Virus record (IMG/VR): IMGVR_UViG_3300044522_000791
Coordinates: 1 to 36,865 of that record
From: a virus
Taxonomy: Duplodnaviria; Caudoviricetes
Reading direction: 5' to 3' (one strand)
Length of the DNA stretch: 36,865 bases
Made by a program: the position numbers and the translations under genes. Shown one piece after another: positions 34,801-36,865 of the stretch (its first letter is position 1; each line of letters opens with the position of its first letter). The notes under the pieces are model-generated. The model was not told where the DNA came from and searched no databases. It saw only the letters and a list, made by a program, of their open reading frames with translations.

Positions 34801-35578
34801 TAATTTTGATTTTTCTAAAGGTAAGACAGCAGAAGAAAAAGGCGTTGAATTTGAAGGTCTAAGTAATTTGGATGTTATTAAGAAAGGAATTGATGAATCA
34901 GAGAATCCAATAGAATTAGCAAGTACTTATCTAGCAGAAGAACCTATTGGAAAATTCAAATCTAGCAATGAAGAGCTTATAGCATTATATGGGATAGGAA
35001 AGGTTAAAGAAAGTAGCTTTAATAGTTTTAGTGACAGGAATTACAAAACTGGCGGAATGGCATTGACTTATTTTAATAAAAAAGGTCAAACATTAGATGT
35101 TATAGCCAAATCCATGTCTGATCATTATAAAATAGAAATAACTCCTAAAGATGTAGCTGATTTTATGATTGCACACCCAAGCGGAGAATCATCTGCGTTA
35201 AGGTCATTAGATGGCCCCATAGCAGCAAGAGCAGCGGAAAGGTTTAAAGAGCTTACTGGATTGGATTTAGATGCTAAATTAGCCGAAAAAGCATTAATAA
35301 AAGGAGAACAAAAGCTTAATCAGGATCAATTAGATATAATAAAACAAGATTATGATACAACAAAACAACTCGAAGATGACTATTGGAAAGCCTACAAAGA
35401 AACTGACGGATTTACAAAAAAGGGCCCTAGTGGTGAAATTAAGCCTACAGAGGCCGCCACAAAAGAAACCTTAGCACAAGATTATAAAGATCTTACTAGA
35501 ATTGAGAAAAGAAAGATAATTAATAGTAAATTTGATGAATTACTCAAAGAACTTAAAATAGAAAAAATATGTCCATAA
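31865..35578 (+). CDS. large polyvalent internal virion protein with ADP-ribosyltransferase-like (ART-PolyVal-type) domain
   Basis: Gly/Ala membrane-active helices and coiled coil; LSHGT..F.KF...GEGAQAFGYGLYFT...AGIDGIKY...NYVVFNP at about 34010-34580. Confidence 0.75.
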   Translation: MPDQFEQYYKYLKSNGADVAPDFNSFKNTLSNADASSKYYTYLKDNKFDVPETYDSFADTFGLKKKGGTTVSGPTPSKLPSQDYLREGEKMAAVGFATPQLLSEDVKARKEPKIRISPKLFAAPGVVDVDIIEEDEDGSYKNLAQNLANNFLISASDIGAGLAQILREGAPTGVPITEKKKTEELYTPEGEKTKYAQTVTWAKDPLAKVALGLNGIAQPARELQETPSANLPDTFVGNTLTSLSAIVPDLAATALLPEAKAIQGASFLQKTGSLLFNNFTKYLMVKEPLVDYNKSKLEGKDQSALDVLSNVGKGALSGMELALLGAGSGLATKATMKQAAKTGLVGTKGFVAKELVNLATDVVAYGLISPSAHTLYEEGRLPTSKEISEGAGIALAFRLKDVIPSISTFRDLNKAVDNIQQAKQGAAIYNFLQATPESIVSVYNGKESANDLHLKAMEAAKAAREAVDPIEKQKAVIQASTMAKAANVKQVAEMFVQDKQLVDYVKNSDLPEEAKIAILEKAEAIRKAVDPVEIKKEQTGQRMQQSQAFIQDLTLEMNGEQDPVKKAELQFRINETEKGLKMQENELMSLIEGQAKEAPLDLTDINTVKQSRKSFNEQVNLKLESLDKADPDYFEKVESLNKQREERNDYFDRVLEDKKQEEKSISVMTPEEFNQVENIEISLEGQKTEAPVEEVITEVKPIEAKTEVIESGNDLILSHGTRHDFNKFQLEKIGTGEGAQAFGYGLYFTDGSKIAEGYAKKLSEDNTGLVYSVKIKNGKLANWAEWRRPLEESIESTFYDKLTKEEKAQYQDYVDNQFNSGKDKNYTGSFGDLELSKEGFLEYPTFEKPSASGNLYQDLKDAFGQEKATEIFKRAGIDGIKYESQGGYGNENNYVVFNPESIEIIKKSKGGEKVKPTEVKPKIIEAPEQKLDQDNRTYTTKSGRQKVDYEKGQLIVRDIKTGEEVSPATRRKAIDEYIDNFDFSKGKTAEEKGVEFEGLSNLDVIKKGIDESENPIELASTYLAEEPIGKFKSSNEELIALYGIGKVKESSFNSFSDRNYKTGGMALTYFNKKGQTLDVIAKSMSDHYKIEITPKDVADFMIAHPSGESSALRSLDGPIAARAAERFKELTGLDLDAKLAEKALIKGEQKLNQDQLDIIKQDYDTTKQLEDDYWKAYKETDGFTKKGPSGEIKPTEAATKETLAQDYKDLTRIEKRKIINSKFDELLKELKIEKICP
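35376..35474 (+). CDS. possible nested out-of-frame peptide MTIGKPTKKLTDLQKRALVVKLSLQRPPQKKP (32 aa)
   Basis: +1 frame inside the giant gene, basic, locally GC-richer than surrounding codons. Confidence 0.3.
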   Translation: MTIGKPTKKLTDLQKRALVVKLSLQRPPQKKP

Positions 35579-36063
35579 AGTCATTACTTAGCCCAGCCAT
35601 GAAAAAGGGCCTACAAAGTGCTCTACAAATTGAGCTATATCAATCTAATCTATGGAAAAGCCTAGCTAACCAATTACAAAGAATTGGCTATTTTGGTGGT
35701 CAAAAATACTTCTTAGCAGAAAGCGCTGAAGAATTAGGTCATTATCAGATTATAGCTGATTTCATGAATGATATGGGAGATTGTGCTGATATTCCTAAAA
35801 TTGAAGCAGTTACAGATAAAGTATCAGACTTAGGAGATGCATTAGAGTTAGGTTACCAAACAGAACTTGATGTATATAATCAATATAAAGAATTATACGA
35901 AAAGGCTGAAGATGAAGATTGTACTGTAGGTATATTTTTACAACAATTTGTTACAATACAAAGACAAGCAGTAGGTCATTACGGTGATTTATTAGCTAAA
36001 TATAAAATCGCAGAGGCAACTAAAGAATTACTAGAATTTGACGAACATATCAATGATTTATAA
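35569..36063 (+). CDS. ferritin-like protein
   Basis: LQIELY...YF..ESAEELGH...F...G...ELDV...FLQQFV.IQ four-helix ferritin pattern, 164 aa. Confidence 0.85.
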   Translation: MSIKSLLSPAMKKGLQSALQIELYQSNLWKSLANQLQRIGYFGGQKYFLAESAEELGHYQIIADFMNDMGDCADIPKIEAVTDKVSDLGDALELGYQTELDVYNQYKELYEKAEDEDCTVGIFLQQFVTIQRQAVGHYGDLLAKYKIAEATKELLEFDEHINDL

Positions 36064-36065
36064 TA

Positions 36066-36865
36066 ATGGCAAAAAATCCATGCAAATATCTTTTTGAAGT
36101 AAGTAAAGGCGAGTTTAAAGAATTTACCGAAGCAGAGCTTAAAGATTACCTTATAGAACAAGATTTATCAAAATTAAAACCTATACAAGATGCCATACAA
36201 GAGCGAAGCGCAGAGGAAGTTCTTCAACGTGAACAAGCAGAAGCTGGAAAAACAGGGGGTGAAGGTAGAGGAATGGAACCAAGCAAGCAAGGGAAAGAAG
36301 CTCCCATTGAAGTTGAAGTCTATGATGAAGGCAAAGTAGAATCACCTAGACAAAGAAAAAAATCATTATTAAATTCTTTATTATCTGGTAAATTATCAGA
36401 AAAAGTAAAAGAAGAATTAGAAAAAGATAATGTATATTTTGAGGCAAATATGAAAGAGTCTGAAGATATGGCTAAATCTATTGTTTCAAGCTTAGGGGTA
36501 GAAAATGCTATTATTGCAGCTAAGAATAATGAAGTACATCCGTCAGTAGGTTCTGCTATATTTGCAGAATCTATTAATGATTTATATAGACAAGAACAAA
36601 GATTAAGAAATGAAGGCAGAATAGAAGAAGCTGATAATGTAGCATTAAGACAGGCTGATTTAATTACAGAATACTCAGATATATCTACAAGTAGTGGTCA
36701 ATGGATTGCTCAAATTAAAAGATTCTATAAGACAAGCCCAATTGGTGTTGTTAGAAAAATAAATACAGAAAGAAAGCAACAATTTCAGAAAGAATTTGCA
36801 GGTCAAGAAAAAGATTTTAAAACTATATTTGAAGATCTTTTAAAGGGAGAAGAAGGTCAAGCTAT
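36066..36865 (+). CDS. second large internal virion protein, truncated by the window end (not in ORF track)
   Basis: MAKNPCKYLFEVSKGEFKEFTEAELKDYL...; frame open to base 36865. Confidence 0.85.
   Translation, partial: MAKNPCKYLFEVSKGEFKEFTEAELKDYLIEQDLSKLKPIQDAIQERSAEEVLQREQAEAGKTGGEGRGMEPSKQGKEAPIEVEVYDEGKVESPRQRKKSLLNSLLSGKLSEKVKEELEKDNVYFEANMKESEDMAKSIVSSLGVENAIIAAKNNEVHPSVGSAIFAESINDLYRQEQRLRNEGRIEEADNVALRQADLITEYSDISTSSGQWIAQIKRFYKTSPIGVVRKINTERKQQFQKEFAGQEKDFKTIFEDLLKGEEGQA
36190..36339 (+). CDS. nested overprinted small basic protein MPYKSEAQRKFFNVNKQKLEKQGVKVEEWNQASKGKKLPLKLKSMMKAK (49 aa)
   Basis: +1 frame ORF inside 36066-end; MP(F/Y)KSEAQR...W...KGKKLP resembles a recurrent free-standing small phage protein. 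Confidence 0.65.
   Translation: MPYKSEAQRKFFNVNKQKLEKQGVKVEEWNQASKGKKLPLKLKSMMKAK

Overview
AT-rich segment of a tailed dsDNA bacteriophage (Caudoviricetes, podovirus-like). The host is very probably a Bacteroidota bacterium: repeated TAnnTTTG -7 promoter elements, A-rich leaders without Shine-Dalgarno motifs, and BT4734-like and DUF4373-like proteins. Layout: (1) 1-4.8 kb, small accessory genes, an endonuclease-VII-type nuclease inside a dense cluster of palindromes, and a metallophosphoesterase/HExxH/SPFH operon; (2) 4.8-8.2 kb minus-strand block with tRNA-Gln(TTG), a YqaJ-like exonuclease, an HNH/NinG-like nuclease and zinc-finger proteins; (3) 8.3-11.9 kb replication module (Cro-like HTH, initiator, primase-helicase, SSB); (4) 12.3-29.2 kb morphogenesis module (GroES-like protein, terminase, portal, scaffold, major capsid, ring proteins, GroES, split tail stabilisation protein); (5) 29.2 kb to end, probable ejected/internal proteins, including a large protein with an ADP-ribosyltransferase-like domain, a ferritin, and a second large protein that runs off the window. 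No DNA polymerase, RNA polymerase, integrase or CRISPR array is visible. Best leads: small basic genes overprinted inside the giant virion genes, an A10 slippery site giving an alternative short product, lone terminal cysteines that could link ejected proteins head to tail, a possible array of decoy operator sites, a short sRNA, and conserved gene-junction repeats. All product calls come from motif recognition by eye, not from database searches.
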